Part shown: positions 63,283 to 64,000 of the stretch, piece after piece
Layout: each line of letters opens with the position of its first letter
Numbering within the stretch: the stretch's first letter is position 1
Translations under genes and position numbers: made by a program
Assembly: GCF_018977255.1 (NCBI RefSeq)
Contig: NW_024704742.1
Location: forward strand, 2,358,001-2,422,000
Length of the DNA stretch: 64,000 bases
From: Callorhinchus milii
Taxonomy: Eukaryota
Reading direction: 5' to 3'
Notes under the pieces: generated by a model
The model's input: the letters and a program-made list of their open reading frames with translations, nothing else
What the model was told of the DNA's origin: nothing
The model's database searches: none

Positions 63283-63314
63283 GCGTATGACACCAAGTTG
63301 GGGGAACTGTGGAC

Positions 63315-63643
63315 TCAAGTCCCTCGTTCCCACCTTTAAATCCCTTCATGGCCTTGTTCCACCCTACCTCTGCGACTTCTTGAAACCCTACCGACCCCCA
63401 CTCTCCCTTGAAGATCCAGTAACACTACTCCAAAAAGAGAAGGGAGTTTCTCCCTGTGCCCTGGCCAACAGTTTCCCAAATAAAATTTGTCATTCATCTC
63501 ATAGCTGGTTGTGTGACATTGCTCAAATGGGCTGCCTCGTTCACCTACAAACACCCAATCACGACCTATCACAGTACATCCTGGGCAGTGCTTTGAGGCA
63601 TGACACAAGGCGCGATAAAAAATGCAAGGATTATTATTATTAA
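63315..63643 (+). mobile_element. L2 fragment fused to a Deu-SINE 3' half
   Basis: Encodes TFKSLHGLVPPYLCDFL (L2), then AAGATCC..GGGAGTTTCTCCCTGTGCCCTGGCCAAC..ATGCAAGG(ATT)n. Confidence 0.7.
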
Positions 63644-63689
63644 TAAATCTCCAGCTTCTGCTGAGCTTGCCCGAGGGTTACTCGTGTAT

Positions 63690-63830
63690 ACTCCTTCAGC
63701 AGGGGATTGCTTGATTGCAAATCAGATCTAGAGCTCTGCCTGATTTTTTTCCCTCATGTGGGACCAGGCTGCCAAGGCCAATTGTGGCTCAAATGAAGCT
63801 GGAATCTTCCTGGTCTCTGTGACTCCAGGG
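63690..63830 (-). mobile_element. AmnSINE2-like fragment
   Basis: CAGCAGGGG..ATCAG..CTGATTTTTTTCCCTC..AGGCCAATTGTGGC resembles the reverse of the recalled AmnSINE2 middle. Confidence 0.6.
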
Positions 63831-64000
63831 CCATCAGGAGAATTACGTAGTTTTAAAAATACATTTAGCTGGAATTGTTCATGATACTTCACCAATTTGC
63901 CATCTGCAACTGAATAGATAGCAATTGGTTGTGAATGGGCTTTTGCATTGAGGCTTTAAACAGCAGTTAAAATCTCATTGAGCCTCGAAGCCCAATTTAA

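Overview
A 64-kb, repeat-rich, essentially non-coding vertebrate segment: a large intron or gene desert. The repeat complement points to a cartilaginous fish, probably a holocephalan such as Callorhinchus (inference from repeat types). No ORF in the six-frame track is a credible host protein; the longer ones read through SINE/LINE debris. Recognisable content: (1) a young tRNA-Ala(CGC)-headed SINE in long and internally deleted short forms; (2) an older tRNA-headed Deu-domain (AmnSINE1/SacSINE1-like) SINE sharing the same 3' module; (3) 5'-truncated L2-clade LINE ends whose terminal ~40 nt match both SINE tails; (4) CR1 3' fragments and one heavily decayed CR1 RT remnant; (5) very old AmnSINE2-like SINE remnants; (6) an unclassified ~600-bp dispersed repeat with six partial copies. 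Unique DNA holds three short splice-consensus-bounded candidate exons (two minus, one plus; host gene not identified), several AT-rich blocks resembling conserved non-coding enhancers, two local direct duplications and a CpG-rich 12-bp tandem array. I found no clear evidence of a new protein-coding system. The best leads are the unclassified repeat, the modular SINE/L2 tail sharing, the 12-bp array and the candidate micro-exons. Repeat boundaries were set by eye (about +/-10-20 bp), and family names come from recalled consensus sequences, not from a database search.
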